A stretch of 64,000 nucleotides of DNA from Fimicolochytrium jonesii. Its lineage: Eukaryota. The notes below the pieces were generated by a model. The model was not told where the DNA came from and made no database searches. It was given only the letters and a program-made list of their open reading frames with translations. Positions 48,501 to 61,400 of this stretch are shown here, one piece after another. The translations under genes and the position numbers were made by a program. Numbering within the stretch: position 1 is the first letter of the stretch; the number at the start of each line of letters is the position of its first letter. The DNA is taken from assembly GCF_025526975.1 (NCBI RefSeq), contig NW_026515675.1:1-64000 (forward strand), written 5' to 3'.

Positions 48501-51500
48501 CAGTCGACGACGAACCTATTCCGAATACGACTCCGACTCCGATTCTGAAGAAGAACTATACTCCGTGCAAGTACGAACGAAATTCAAGGCCGTTGCGAAG
48601 AAGATCAAGCCCGTAGCACAACCCTTGCCCGGAGGCATTCGACCTGAAGCATTACCCAGACCTACGATTACCGAGACACCAGCCAGAAGTACCGTACAAC
48701 AAAACCGATTCAATGGGCGAGAACACTTGCTTACTTTCAGAGAAGATTTGACAACCGAAGAACGAGCGGCGTTCTTATGACTATTGCGCAAATACGACAT
48801 CGCTTTTGCTTTCAACGACAGCGAAAGAGGAACATTAAAGCCACACATCGAAGAACCTGTCAAGATTCATACAATTCCGCATACGCCCTGGATGGTTAAA
48901 CCACACCGATTACCCCCGCAGATGACAAAGATCGCAACAGACCTACTCCGAACGAAACGAGACGCAGGACTGTTGGAACCTTCATTTGGACCCTACCGCA
49001 ACCCCTGGTTCTTAGTTCCCAAGAAGAACAGAACTTATCGATTCGTACAAGACGTACAAATGCTCAACAGCGTGACAATACGAGATGCCGGATGTGCGCC
49101 AATCGCAGAAGTTTTCGCTGAAGAATTTGCTGGACGTTCGATTTTGTCCATGGCAGACATGTATTCCGGATATGATCAAGTACCCCTACACCCCGAATCA
49201 AGAGACCTTACAGCCATGCTTACGCCGTTTGGATTATACCGACTTACCTGACTCCCTCAAGGAGGAACCAATTCACTAGCTCAATTTCAACGAGTAGTCG
49301 ACAAAGTTTTCGAAACCCTCAAACCCGACATCGTCAGCGTATATGTTGATGATACCGGCATCAAAGGACCGAAATACCGAGACGAGACACACGTGAAACC
49401 CAATATTTGCAAGTTCGTACAAGACCACATGGACGACTGCGAGAAAGTATTTATTCTTATGATCGATTCAGGACTCACGTTTTCCGGCGAGAAATCAAGC
49501 TGGGGAATGTCGAAAGCAAGTTTCGCAGGCATAGTCTGCAGTTACAACGGAAGAGCACCCGAACAATCGAAGATCCGAAAAATCACCAGCTGGCCACCTT
49601 GGCAGAACCTGACCGAAGTACGAACATTGCTCGGACTTATTCTATTCTACCGCGCCTGATCAAAGACTTCGCCAAGAAAGCCGACGCCCTGTACAAGTTG
49701 TACAGGAAAAACGCCCGATTCGAATGGACGACCAAGCAACAGACCTGTATGAATACGTTAAAACAAGAATTTGTCGCTTCCAAGATATTAGCTGCGCCGA
49801 ACTACGAAGAAGACGCACCCCCGTTCATTATTACGACCGACGTTAAACCCATTTTGTGGGGAGCAATACTCTCCCAAGTTGATCCCGAAGGAAGAGAAAG
49901 ACCGATACGATTCGAAAGTGGATTGTTTACCGAACAGCAACGAAATACCTACCCGGTAGTCAAACTCGAATTACTTGGAGCCTCCAAAGGAGTTCGCAAA
50001 CTACGAACTTACGTTTGGGGCAGACGTTTCAAGCTCCGAATTGACGCCAAACCCTTGATTCAACTACTACGAAAACCTGAATTCCCCAACAGCACGATCA
50101 CGCGATGGGTAGCACAGTTAATGCTATTCGACTTTGAAATCAAACATATCAAAGGAGAAAAGAACCCTGCGGACGGACTTTCGAGAAAACCCCGAGCAGA
50201 CAATGACACCGACACTGAGAACAAAGACTCCGACGATTTGGAAATGCACGTATTACGAGTTAACTCAGCCACGACCGAATGGAAAAGTGATTTGAATGAA
50301 ATTCGCCAATACCTGACCAATATGACCGTACCTACGCAACACAAGTACCGCAGCCAACGAAGAAAATTCCGAAATCCATGTACCCGATACGCCCTACAAG
50401 ATGACCACCTATTCTTACGAAACGGAAGATTGAAACCACCCCTGCGAATCATCGAAAATGAGCAAGATCAAGAAGAAATTATCCGATTCATGCACGAAAG
50501 CAAGGAAGGAGGAGGACATCGAGGCATCCTTGCGACATTCTGAAAGATACAACAACGCTACTACTGGCCAAGACTGTACAAAGAACTAGAGGCCTACGTT
50601 CAATCCTGCCACAACTGCCAATTCAGAGACCCGAGACGTGAATGTGAACCGCTTTACATCGAAATTCGAAGGACACGACCCTTCCAGAAATGTGGACTAG
50701 ACTTTGTATTTATCACGAAAGGAGCGAACGCAAATGAAGGAGGAATGATTTTACGAGACGACGCAACCGGTTACCCCAAAGGACGAATGACCAGAGGCAC
50801 GCCGACTGCACACAAGATTGCTGCGTTCTTATATGAAGAAGTATTCTGCCGACACGGACTGATCGAAAACCTAGTATCCGCTGGTGGACCCGAAAACGTC
50901 AACGAAATCATACGACATCTTACCGAGCGATACGGCGTCAAACACCAAATTACGACCGCATATCACCCGCAAGCGAATGGATGAGTAGAAAGAGGACACG
51001 CCCCGATTATCGAAAGTCTTATTCGAACCGCACCGACTCCGAGAGAATGGCCAACCGTATTCCCTGCTGCATTATGGGCAGATCGAGTTACCGCGAAAAG
51101 AACGACACAGTGCACACCCTTCTACCTGATTTATGGAAGAGACGCTGTACTACCTATCGAACTCACGTACGAAACATGGATGACAGTACCGAATCTTCAA
51201 CAACCCATGAGAACCGAGACACTTTTACAACACCGCATCGAACAATTCCGATACAGAGACAAAGACCTAAAGCTAGCGACAGAGCGACTAATCGCAAGCC
51301 GAAGAGCGAACAAGAAGTATTGGGAAAAACGACACCGAATTAGAAACCGACCTTTCGAACCCGGAAACATAGTTCTCTTGCACAACACAAAACTATTGAC
51401 CCAACAAACAAAGACTGACAACAAATGGTTTGGACCGTACAGAATTACCAAATCCAACGACAACAGCTTGTATTACATCGAAAAATTAGACCAGACACCG

Positions 51501-51632
51501 ATACGCAAACCTGTAGCTGGAGACCGATTGAAGATATTTCGAACCCAAACCCAGACACAACCGATAGTCGACGACACCGCTGAAGACGAAGAAGAAACAG
51601 ACGAAGAAGACAACATTACGGACGAGAATTGA
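45507..51632 (+). pseudogene. gag-pol: H gag-pol (Gag with NPDP repeats, degenerate CCHC, PR, RT, RH, IN; no chromodomain)
   Basis: YCDQEGHQRRFC; LLDSGAEV; DMYSGYDQ; YVDDTG; RFESG; GGGHRG; TAYHPQANG; KWFGPY; many stops and frameshifts. Confidence 0.93.
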
Positions 51633-52486
51633 TGAGGACATCAATATTCGACAAAAGGAAAGATGTAGTATTGCGCTTCAAACTACGCATGAAATCGATA
51701 ATATTTCGACGCCAATTATACGCCTGGAATCTTCGACAAGCGAAAGAAATCACCTTTATACGACAACGTCAAAATACCATCAAAACTTCCGACAATAAAT
51801 CAACACACTCGCGTTCTCGACACTCCGATGATTACCAAATACAACTACCTTTACCGAAGCCTTGCTTCACAACGATGTTTTGTCCTTGGATACGACTGAC
51901 ATGCGAAAAATGTAGGCGTAGGAGAGGATCTCACACATGAAAGCACCCCCGACCCGACTCTCAACCAACCAGAAGCTCCCACAACGCCCAAAACGCTGAA
52001 GAAATCACCTGCGAAACGAGAAAACCAATTTCCGGTGGCCGTATATGCCGAAAGTTGCAGAAAACCCCGAGAAAAGATCAGCGATAAGGCTGTACCAGCG
52101 CCAAAATTGCGAATGGAAAAAGGAAAAACTACGTAGACCGCCGCAGGGAAAGAGAAAAAGACCCCGACCTAGCTAAATCCTCTAGAGACGACTAGTAGAG
52201 AGTTTGGACTTCGACAAAATCCCGTAGCTAGAAAAATCCAAATAAAAACCCGCTCGTTTTCCCCAGACCTTTGTACAATACCCAAAACCCAGATCCGTGC
52301 ACGCAGAACACAGATCCCGTTCAACAACAGAGCTTTCTACTTCTCTACTCCCGATGACTTCTTTCAGTTTCAGATAGACTTTCAAGGCGCGCACATAGAC
52401 CCAGAGAGCTTGGACAAGAGGACCCCGAGTGTCGCGACTTGTACTTTGCTGATGTCGCCGAGGACTTGATAGCTCAGGAATCCCGT

Positions 52487-52686
52487 TGTGGTAGGCGGGG
52501 AAAAAGATGTTATATATTGGGTTGTCGGTCAACTGGCGCGAGCGCAGCGAGCCGGCTTTTAAAGTACAAGAAGAAAATCTGCCAGAAAGTCACATGACTG
52601 GGGAATAAACTAGCTACTGGTTAGGGTTACGACTGGGGATAGGGTTGGGGATTAGGGTTGCGGCGTCGACTCCACACCGTACCACA
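52487..52686 (-). repeat. Family I 3' LTR (200 bp), with PPT at 52687-52697 and a 3' UTR remnant to about 52968
   Basis: TGTGGTA/TACCACA inverted termini; minus-strand AGGGGGAGGA directly upstream; interrupts the H 3' LTR. Confidence 0.8.
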
Positions 52687-52968
52687 TCCTCCCCCTAGCC
52701 TCTCGGCCAAGTGAGTAGCAAAGAAGGAAGAACGAAGACAGAACGCGACATCAAGCTCGATCGTATGGGCGGCGACACCGAGGGCGACCGTGAGACGCTA
52801 CGGACGTGTCGTTACGAGCAAAGACGAAGCGGGGTCGAAAGAAAAAACCGAAGAAACAAAGAAACCGCAAAAGTCAAGGAAGGGAAGGAAGGACAGAGTC
52901 GGCGGGTACAAGGAGCGGAATGTCAGCATCCGAAGTGGACTCAACAATGGGAGCGCACGCCGGGGACG

Positions 52969-54426
52969 GAGGCAGTGGGGGGTGTGGAGAAGCCGAGGGA
53001 GGATTGGCGAAATGAGAGGAGAGAGGAGGAGTGGCGATATTGCAAGAGGATTGGTGAAATGAGAGGAGAGAGGGGGAGTGGCATTGACATTGACATTGAC
53101 ACTGACATTGACATTGACATTGACACTGACATTGACATTGACATTGGCGTTTGACATTTGGCGGTTGACATTGGCGGCTGTCAGTAGGTAAGCTTATGGT
53201 ATGGGCGCGTCGTCCATAACATCACCCCTCTCTTTAGTGGCGGCGGCGGCGGCGGCGTCGAGTTTGGTGTGGCCGCAGAGGAGGTGCTATGGGGACAGAG
53301 GAAGGCTTGTTGGGGTACGCGCTGTGGAAGTCCTGGAGGAGTGCGTCGGTATGGGTGAGGTGTTCCACGGGCTCCCAGGTGTTCTCGGAGTCAGGCCAGC
53401 CCTGCCATTTGACCAAGTACTGAAGGCGACGACAATGGATGCGAGAGTCAAGGATGGCTTCGACAACCCACTCTTCTTGACCCTCAACGGTCTCTGGGGG
53501 CGCGGGTTCGGGTTCGCGTCGTTCGGGGATGGTGAAGCGGGGTTCGAGGAGCGAGACATGGAAGACATCGTGGATTTTGTACGTAGGCGGGAGCTTGAGC
53601 CGGTAGGCGACGGGATTGATTTTTTCAACGATGGGGAATGGCCCAATCTTGCGATGGTCGAGTTTCTGAGAGGGCCGGGTTGTCTGGAGGTTTTTGCGGA
53701 GGAGCCAGACGTGGTCGCCAGGGTTGAAGTCCGGTCCAGGAATTTGTTTAGCGTCGGCGTAGCGCTTCATTTGATCTTGGGCTTCCTTGAGCTCGAGGGC
53801 GAGCTGGTCATGGACTTCCCTGATTTGTTTAGCACGGGCTTCAGCGGCGGGGTTGACGGATTCGGAGGTAGCAGAGGCCGCGAAACTGAAGCGGGGGTGG
53901 AGACCCTTGTTGGCGTAGAAGGGGGTGGTCTGGGAGGCGGACTGGTGGGTGTTGTTGTAGGCAAACTCGGCGGACGACAGAAGCTGTTTCCAGTTGTCCT
54001 GTTGGTGGTTGCAAAAGCATCGGAGATACTGCTCCAGGATCTGGTTGGTCGTTCCGTCTGGCCATCGCTCTGGGGGTGGAAGGCCGAGGAGAAGTTGGCT
54101 TTTGCTCCAAGGAGTTCGAGAAGTCGACGCCAGAACCGGGACTTAAACTGGGGTCCTCGGTCAGAGATGACGTCGTCGGGGAGGCCGTGGAGACGGATGA
54201 TGTTGTGTGCGGTGGATTCGGCGGATTCTGACTCGCTGCAGGCGATGAAGTGGGCCATCTTGGTGAGGCGACAGTTGACGTTCAGGATGGAGTCGTACCC
54301 GTCCACGGGAGGCAGCCCGGTGATAAAGTCCAGGGACCAAGATCCCCAAGGGCGGGTAGGGATACTGTTGGGCTGGAGTAGGCCGTATGGTTTGTGTCGA
54401 CTGGATTTCGCTTGGCTACAGGTATC
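52969..54426 (-). mobile_element. Second A1 fragment: integrase-chromodomain (54426-53234), PPT, 5' part of the 3' LTR (53221-52969)
   Basis: ORF 53234-53770 is nearly identical to 134-667. Confidence 0.95.
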
Positions 54427-55031
54427 TGACCGAGGTGAGCCGCATCGTTCAGCACAGACTCCGAGAGGCCCAGGACAGGCAGGCAAGATACTACGACAGG
54501 AACAAGAATACGGACGCGTTTGTAGTGGGCAACCAGGTCCTGCTGAACCGCAAGAGCATCCAGATCAAGAGTATCCCGGCCCGAAACAAGAAGCTGTCCG
54601 CGCTATGGATTGGGCCCTTCACCGTCAGCGGAAAAGGGCCCCACCCGGACACTTACGAGCTGGAGCTCTCCCACGCGTTCAGTGAACTACACCCGGTGTT
54701 CCACGTCAACATCCTACGCAGGTACAACCCTCCGGAGAACGGCCCATACCGAAAAGTGGATGCACCACCCCCCCCGGAGGAAGTCAACGGCGAACTCGAA
54801 CACCGAGTTGAAGACATCCTCGACGCCAAGTGGGTACGCAACACCGAGATGTTCCTGGTCAAATGGGCCGGCTACGACGTGTCCCAGAACACCTGGGAGC
54901 CACTCCGACACGTCCGTGACACCTTGGCCCACAAGCGATATGTCCGAAAGCAAGCCGCCAAGCGCCAGGAGACTCGGGAGACCAAGGCAAAGGAGAGAGC
55001 GGCAGTCTCTCGTCGCCGTAAACCTATCTGA
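54427..55031 (+). pseudogene. pol: Family G chromovirus pol C-terminus (integrase GPF region plus chromodomain), 5'-truncated
   Basis: IVQHRLREAQDRQ...WIGPF...GPHPDTYELEL...EHRVEDILDAK...FLVKWAGYDVSQNTWEP; related to families C and B. Confidence 0.92.
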
Positions 55032-55094
55032 ACCTTGTACATACATCAAAACAGAGTTTCTACTGTCCGAAATGATGATTACCATTACGGACTC

Positions 55095-55373
55095 ATCCGG
55101 GCGGGTACTAGTACCAAGGCCTATGATGCGGGCGGGTACATAGTACCAGGGCCTATGATGCGGGCGGGTACGAGGTACCAGGGCCTATGCGAGCGGGCAA
55201 GCAAGGTGTCAGGGCTCATGCGGGCGGGTATGTAATACCAAGGCCTAGGATGCGGGCGGGTACAGGGTACCAGGGCCTATGCGAGCGGGCAAGCGAGGTG
55301 TCAGGGCTCATGCGGGCGGGTATGCAATACCAGGGCCTAGGATGCGAGCGGGTGCGACGCACCAGGGCTCAGG
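55095..55373. repeat. About 9 tandem 29-32 bp repeats, most with an internal hairpin; consensus ATGCGGGCG-GGTAC-nnn-GTACC-AGGGCCT
   Basis: Units read directly; a ~92-bp three-unit block is duplicated. Confidence 0.93.
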
Positions 55374-55459
55374 ACGATCGGTGAAGTACCAAAGGGAAAC
55401 GCTCCGAAGAGATCAAATTCAATAAAATTTATACAAGAAAGAAGAACGACAACGCCAGG

Positions 55460-58400
55460 CTAAATACCAGCCTGTTTGGCAAAAGACCATTGGCAACGTG
55501 AGCCGTGGCAGGCGGCCCCCATGCCACAACGCAGCGGGACGAACTGCTGGACGTTCATCTGGCTAGAGGGAGCGCGTCACGTCAGTGGCGGGACCTGTCG
55601 AAAATTCACCACTGTTGTACTTACGCGCGGACATATCCCATACACTGGATGTGGTCGCAGGGGAAGACCCGCACGTCCTCGGCCAGACACTCGCAGTCGG
55701 GCCACACACAGGTGCAGGGTAGCGCCTGGCAGAAGAGCGGCACTTCACACTCCTCCCCGAAACCGTCCACGTAGCCGCACGTGAACTCCCCGATGTGTTA
55801 AGAATGGGCGGAGCCGACGGAAATAGAGGCGACTTGTGGTGCAGGTTGTTGACAGGTAATGGTATTCAGACCGAAACAAGAACTAGAACAAGACTAGGAA
55901 GAACTGGTGTTGATCTGCTGGGGGATCAGGAAGTGGGGAGCCCAGGGGAGGCGGCTATTTATGCTTTTCTGGGAAGGCTGGGGAAGCGTGGGGAAGCAGA
56001 AGGGTACGGAATGAGAGGGAAGCCAAGAGAAGCGCCAAGGGTGGGGGAAGCATAGAAACAGAAGACTGGGGATGGGGTGGCTACGCTGAGGCTGTGGGCG
56101 GGTACGTGGGGAAGTATGGAGAAGGGTTTGTAAGCGCCGAGTGTTGGGAGGTGTGGCGACGTGCGGCTGCGTGGAGAAATGAAGGCAGTGGCAGGTGTGG
56201 GGTAGCGCGGCTGCGTGCGGCTGCGAGGTTTGGCAGATGTCGGGTTTTGACAGGGAATTGACATTGACTGACTGTTGGGATGCTGTCATGAGGTAAGCGC
56301 ATGGTATGGACGCGTCGTCCATAACATCACCCCCTCCTTTAGCCACGGCGTCCGGATGTTGTGTTGATGTTGGCAGGCTTTGGTCGGGGTTTGTCGGGGT
56401 ACTTTTCGTGGAACTGGGCAACAAGCTCTTGACAGCGGGCAAGGTGTTCCACTGGCTCCCATGTGTTCTCCGAGCTTGGCCAACCCTGCCACTTGATGAG
56501 GTACTGAAGGTGCGTGCGTCAAATACGGGAGTCAAGAATGTCTTCCACAATCCATTCCTCCTGTCCTTCGACTTCTTCTGGTGGGGTGGGTTCTGGCTCA
56601 GTTTGCTCCAGAATGGTGAAACGTGGTTCAAGAAGGGAGACATGGAAGACGTTGTGAATTTTGTAGGATGGGGGAAGCTTGAGGCGATATGTGACCGAGT
56701 TGATCTTCTCCGTGATTGTGAAGGGGCCAATCTTACGGTGATCAAGTTTCTGGGAAGGTCGGAGAGTCTTGAGATTCCGCTGTAAGAGCCAGACACTGTC
56801 CCCGGGTTTCATGTCTGGGCCAGGTGCCCTCTTAGCATCGGCAAAGCGCTTCATGCGTCCTTGGGCTTCCTTGAGCTCAGTGGCAAGCTGTTCATGGATT
56901 TCCTTGAGATGGTTGGCACGAGCTTCGGTTGCAGGATTAAGGGATTCGGTTGTGGTGGCGGAAGCCAGACTGAATCGAGGATGGAACCCATAGTTGGCGT
57001 AGAAGGGGGTTGTCTGGGTGGCGGAGTGGATGGTGTTATTGTAAGAGAACTCAGCAGAAGACAAGAGTTCCTTCCAGTTATCTTGTTGATAGTTGCAAAA
57101 GCAGCGAAGGTATTGCTCAAGAGTCTGATTGGTCCGCTCGGTTTGTCCATCGCTCTGGGGATGGAACGCCGATGAGAGGTTGACCCTGGTTCCCAGGAGA
57201 GCGAAGAGACGTTTCCAGAAGTGGGAGTTGAACTGTGGGCCACGGTCAGATACAATATCGTCGGGGAGTCCATGGAGCCGGATGACATGGTGCCAGATCA
57301 GATCTGCAGTTGACTCAGCGGTGGCAGTTTTCCTGCACGGTACAAAGTGCCCCATCTTGGTGAACCGGCAGATGACAACGAGCACAGAAGCAACCCCATC
57401 CCTGGCGGGTAGATCCGTGATGAAGTCCATGGAAATTGACCCCCAGGGGCGGTCAGGGACCTGCAGGGGTTGGAGGAGTCCGTAGGGCTTGTGTCTGCTG
57501 GTCTTGGCTTGAGCACATACGTCGCAGGACCTGATGTAGGACTTGACAAAACGCCACTGGCTAGGCCACCAGTAGTTGTGTGAGATGAGCTCCAGGGTCT
57601 TTGACATGCCGTAGTGTCCTGCCAAACGCGTGTCATGCATGTCCCGGCAGATCTCAGCACGGAGCTTGTTGGTGGGGACGTAGACAAGGTTGTCGTACAG
57701 CAGAACCCCATTTTCCTCGGAGAATCGCTTTATCCGTTCTTGGCCTTCTTGAGATTGCTGGGCAATGGGGGCCCTAAGCTGTCGCCGGATGGTTTGCGCA
57801 AACACATCGGATGCCAGGGCAGCTTTGATTTGGTCAAGGAGCGAGGAGTCCAGTGGGGTCAGATAAGTGGCGGCCAGGCGGAGATGGTCAGGGGTGAGGA
57901 TCGTGGTTTCCTGGGAGCGGAATGCTTCTTCCCCCTCCCTTAGCTCGTATTCAGAGCGACGAGAGAGGGCGTCAGCTTGGTGTTGCTGGGTACCAGGGCG
58001 GTATGTGATGACAAAGTCGAAATCAGCAAAGAAGATTGACCAGCGGGATTGGCGGCGGTTGAGGGTACGGGTAGTCATGAAGTACTGGAGGTTCTTGTGG
58101 TCACAGTAAACGATGACCTTGTGGCGGGCACCAATGAGGTGGTGTCGCCATTGAGCGAATGAGTCTTGGATAGCAGGAGTTCCTTGTCGTAGATCTCATA
58201 GTTGATTTCCTCAGGAGTAAATTTGCGGGAGTGAAAGGCCACGGGGTGGAGTTGATCTGTGTCATCGGGTTGAAGGAGGACGGCGCCAAGGGCAAAGTCG
58301 GAGGCATCGGATTCGACAATGAAGGGCTTGTCAGGGTCGGGGTGAGTCAGGATAGGTGCGGAGGTGAAGGCTTTCTTGAGGGTTTCAAAAGCTAGGTGTG

Positions 58401-61400
58401 CAGCGTGGGTCCATTTGAATGGCAAGTCTTTGCGAGTGAGCGTGGTCAGGGGTGCAACGATCGCAGAGTACCCTTTGATGAATCGCCGGTAGAAGTTGGC
58501 AAAACCAAGGAAGCGCTGGATGCCTTTGACATTCGTCGGGGGTTCCCATTCGGTAATGGCAGCCGTCTTCTTTGGGTCCATGGAAATGCCTTGCTGGGAG
58601 ATGATAAACCCCAGGAACTCAATAGAGTCACGGTTGAATTCGCATTTTTCCGGTTTCGCATACAGCCCGTGCTGGCGGAGCCGTGAGAGCACCTCTCGGA
58701 CGTGGTTGGGGTGGTCTTCTGGGTTTTTTGAGAAGATCAGAATGTCGTCAAGGTAGACCACAACAAAAACGTCGAGAATGTCACGGAATATGTCGTTCAT
58801 GAGGTGTTGGAATACTCCAGGGGCATTGGTGGGCCCAAACGGCATGACATTATACTCGAATAGGCCGTAGCGACATCGGAACGCTGTCTTCCATTCATCC
58901 CCTGGCCGGATCCGAAGAAGGTTGTAGGCTCCCCGGAGGTCAATCTTGGTGAGCCGGCGTGCCCCTCGAAGACGATCCATGATGCTGTTAATCAAGGGCA
59001 AGGGATAGCGATTCTTGATGGTGATATTGTTGAGTCCAAGATAGTCGACGCACAGACGGAGGGAACCGTCCTTTTTCTTGACAAAGAGGACTGGGGCACC
59101 GGCGGGAGACTTGGAGTGCTTGATGAACCCCTTAGCTAGGTTCTCTTCAAGGTAGTCACAGAGTGCCTGCATTTCAGGCTCGCTGAGACTATAGATCGGG
59201 CCGAACGGTGGCTGTTTGCCCTCTTCTAAGTCGATGGGACAGTCGTAGGGTCGGTGCTCTGGGAGGGTATCCGCGTTCTTCTTGGCGAAGACGTCCGCAA
59301 AATCTTGGTATTCTTCAGGATTGATGGCCTTCGGATCTTTTGGAGGAGTGGTCGCCAGGGATTGGGAATCTGACTTGGTCGGATTGGCGTAGGCAATGAA
59401 TGCCTGGTCATGCCTTGCCGCCACACGGAAAGCTGGGGCGCTGATAAACGATACGTGGATCGGTGTGGGTGCTGGGTCCAGTGTGTTGGGTGTCTGGGCT
59501 AGGGAGACTGAAATCTCGTCTTGATGGATACGGATCAGAGGTTCAGGGGTTCTTGAGGGTTTCGGGCTAGGTTCTGTTGGCAGGGCATCCCAGGAGGCGT
59601 ATTGTCCAAAACCGTAATGGCAGCGGACGCAAAGAGTGCGAGTCTTCCAGTGTAGCTCCACATCATGGAGCTCAAACCAGGGAAGCCCCAGGATGATTGG
59701 CGCATGCGGGGAACATGTCACATGGAATACCACCTCCTCAAAATGGTCGTTGACCCACATGCCCAAAGGTTGGGTGTGATGGGTAATGGAGCCCGCATGG
59801 CTGGGACGTCCGTCAACCAGTTCAAGCGCAATGGGGTCCTCCTTCTTGACAAGTGGGATTCGGTGCTTGCGGGCATAACTTTCGTCGATGAAGCACGACA
59901 TCGCACCGGTGTCAAGTAGTGCTGAAAGCTGAACTGGAGCTCGCTGGGCCGATATCTGCAGGGTAACAGGGTACTCGAATGGTGAGGATGGGCCCAAAAT
60001 CCGCATGGGTGAGGGTATCTCAGATCGGAGATTGACATTGTTGGTGGTCAGGAGAAGGGTGTTGCTGGAGATGCCAGGATCGGAGCAAGGTTTTGTGGCT
60101 TCTCCCTTGGCAGTACTTGCGTGGTGAGAAGGCCCAGGACAGGTGTTGCCCAGCTGCTCGGCCTTTACTGCAGCTGGACTTGGGCAAAATCCTGGATGGG
60201 TGCAGGTTCCTTAACCGCGACATTCGCCGTGCGTATCTTGTTTGGGCAGAGTTTGGCTATGTGGCCAGGTTTACCACAATAGAGGCAAAGTTTCTTTGTG
60301 ATGCGGTGTTGGCGCTCTAGCGGTGTGAGGGGTCCTCGCGGACGAGCAGCGTCAATGATCATAGGGTCGTCTGGGCGGTTGTCGGGGCTCATGAGGGTGG
60401 GGCTAGTGGTAACTGGCACATATGGCTGTCGGTTCCTGCTTCGCTCTAGACGGCGCTCAAACAATCGGTTGTCACATTGGATGGCCTGTTCCATCACGGT
60501 GTCGATTGAGGCGGTAGGGGGCATCGTGAGCATTAAGTCCTTGACGTCTTCTTTGAGGCCGCGACGGAAGGTGGCAATCAATGCCTGGTCATTCCACGAC
60601 ACATCGCATTGCAGCTGTCGGAATTCAGCTACATACTCTGTTGCTGCATGGGTTTGTCGAAGGTTCTGGAGCTTGTTTTCGGACGTGCGGATCCTGTCGC
60701 TGTCTCCAAAGACTGCTTGCATTTGCTGGATGAAATCATCCAGGTTCGTAAGGGAATGATGGTCTTGTTCGACAAGGGGCGCCAGCCAGGCCTGGGCGGT
60801 GCCAGTGAGGTAGGTGCCAATAGTTCGTATCTTGGTCTGATTGTTGGGGTAGCGCCTGGGTTGGAGGGCAAACATGAGCCGGATCTGGTTGAGGAACCCA
60901 CGGAATTTGCTTCGGGTGCCATCAAATTTGTCTGGGAGACTGATTTTGGGTTCGGGGGCGTGGGTGGCAGGGGCAGTGGTCTGGGTTTGCGCTAGTTCGG
61001 CTTGTAGGGTGGTATTCTGTGCTCGAAGTTCGTCAATCGCATTGCACATGGCTTGCCAGGCTTCGGCCGTGAGGGGAAGGGCGTCGGACATGGTGATTTG
61101 GCGTGGAGGCACAGCGGCTGGGGGTTGTTGAGCAGATCAAACTGTTAAGAATGGGCGGAGCCGACGGAAATAGAGGCGACTTGTGGTGCAGGTTGTTGAC
61201 AGGTAATGGTATTCAGACCGAAACGAGAACTAGAACAAGACTAGGAAGAACTGGTGTTGATCTGCTGGGGGATCAGGAAGTGGGGAGCCCAGGGGAGGCG
61301 GCTATTTATGCTTTTCTGGGAAGGCTGGGGAAGCGTGGGGAAGCAGAAGGGTACGGAATGAGAGGGAAGCCAAGAGAAGCGCCAAGGGTGGGGGAAGCAT

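Larger units (their letters stand above)
44025..52486 (+). mobile_element. Family H non-chromodomain Ty3/gypsy element (resembles Ylt1-type fungal elements), degenerate
   Basis: 5' LTR 44025-45119 (TGTAGT...ACCACA, 1095 bp); 3' LTR 51664-52486, truncated; PPT AAAAGGAAAGA. Confidence 0.92.

Noticed and set aside
53201..54685. 494-aa ORF on the + strand
   Set aside because: Antisense shadow of A1 integrase fused across a junction to an alternative frame of G; no independent motifs.
55095..55373. CRISPR-like array
   Set aside because: No unique spacers (variable parts are only about 3 nt), no cas genes, eukaryotic retrotransposon context.
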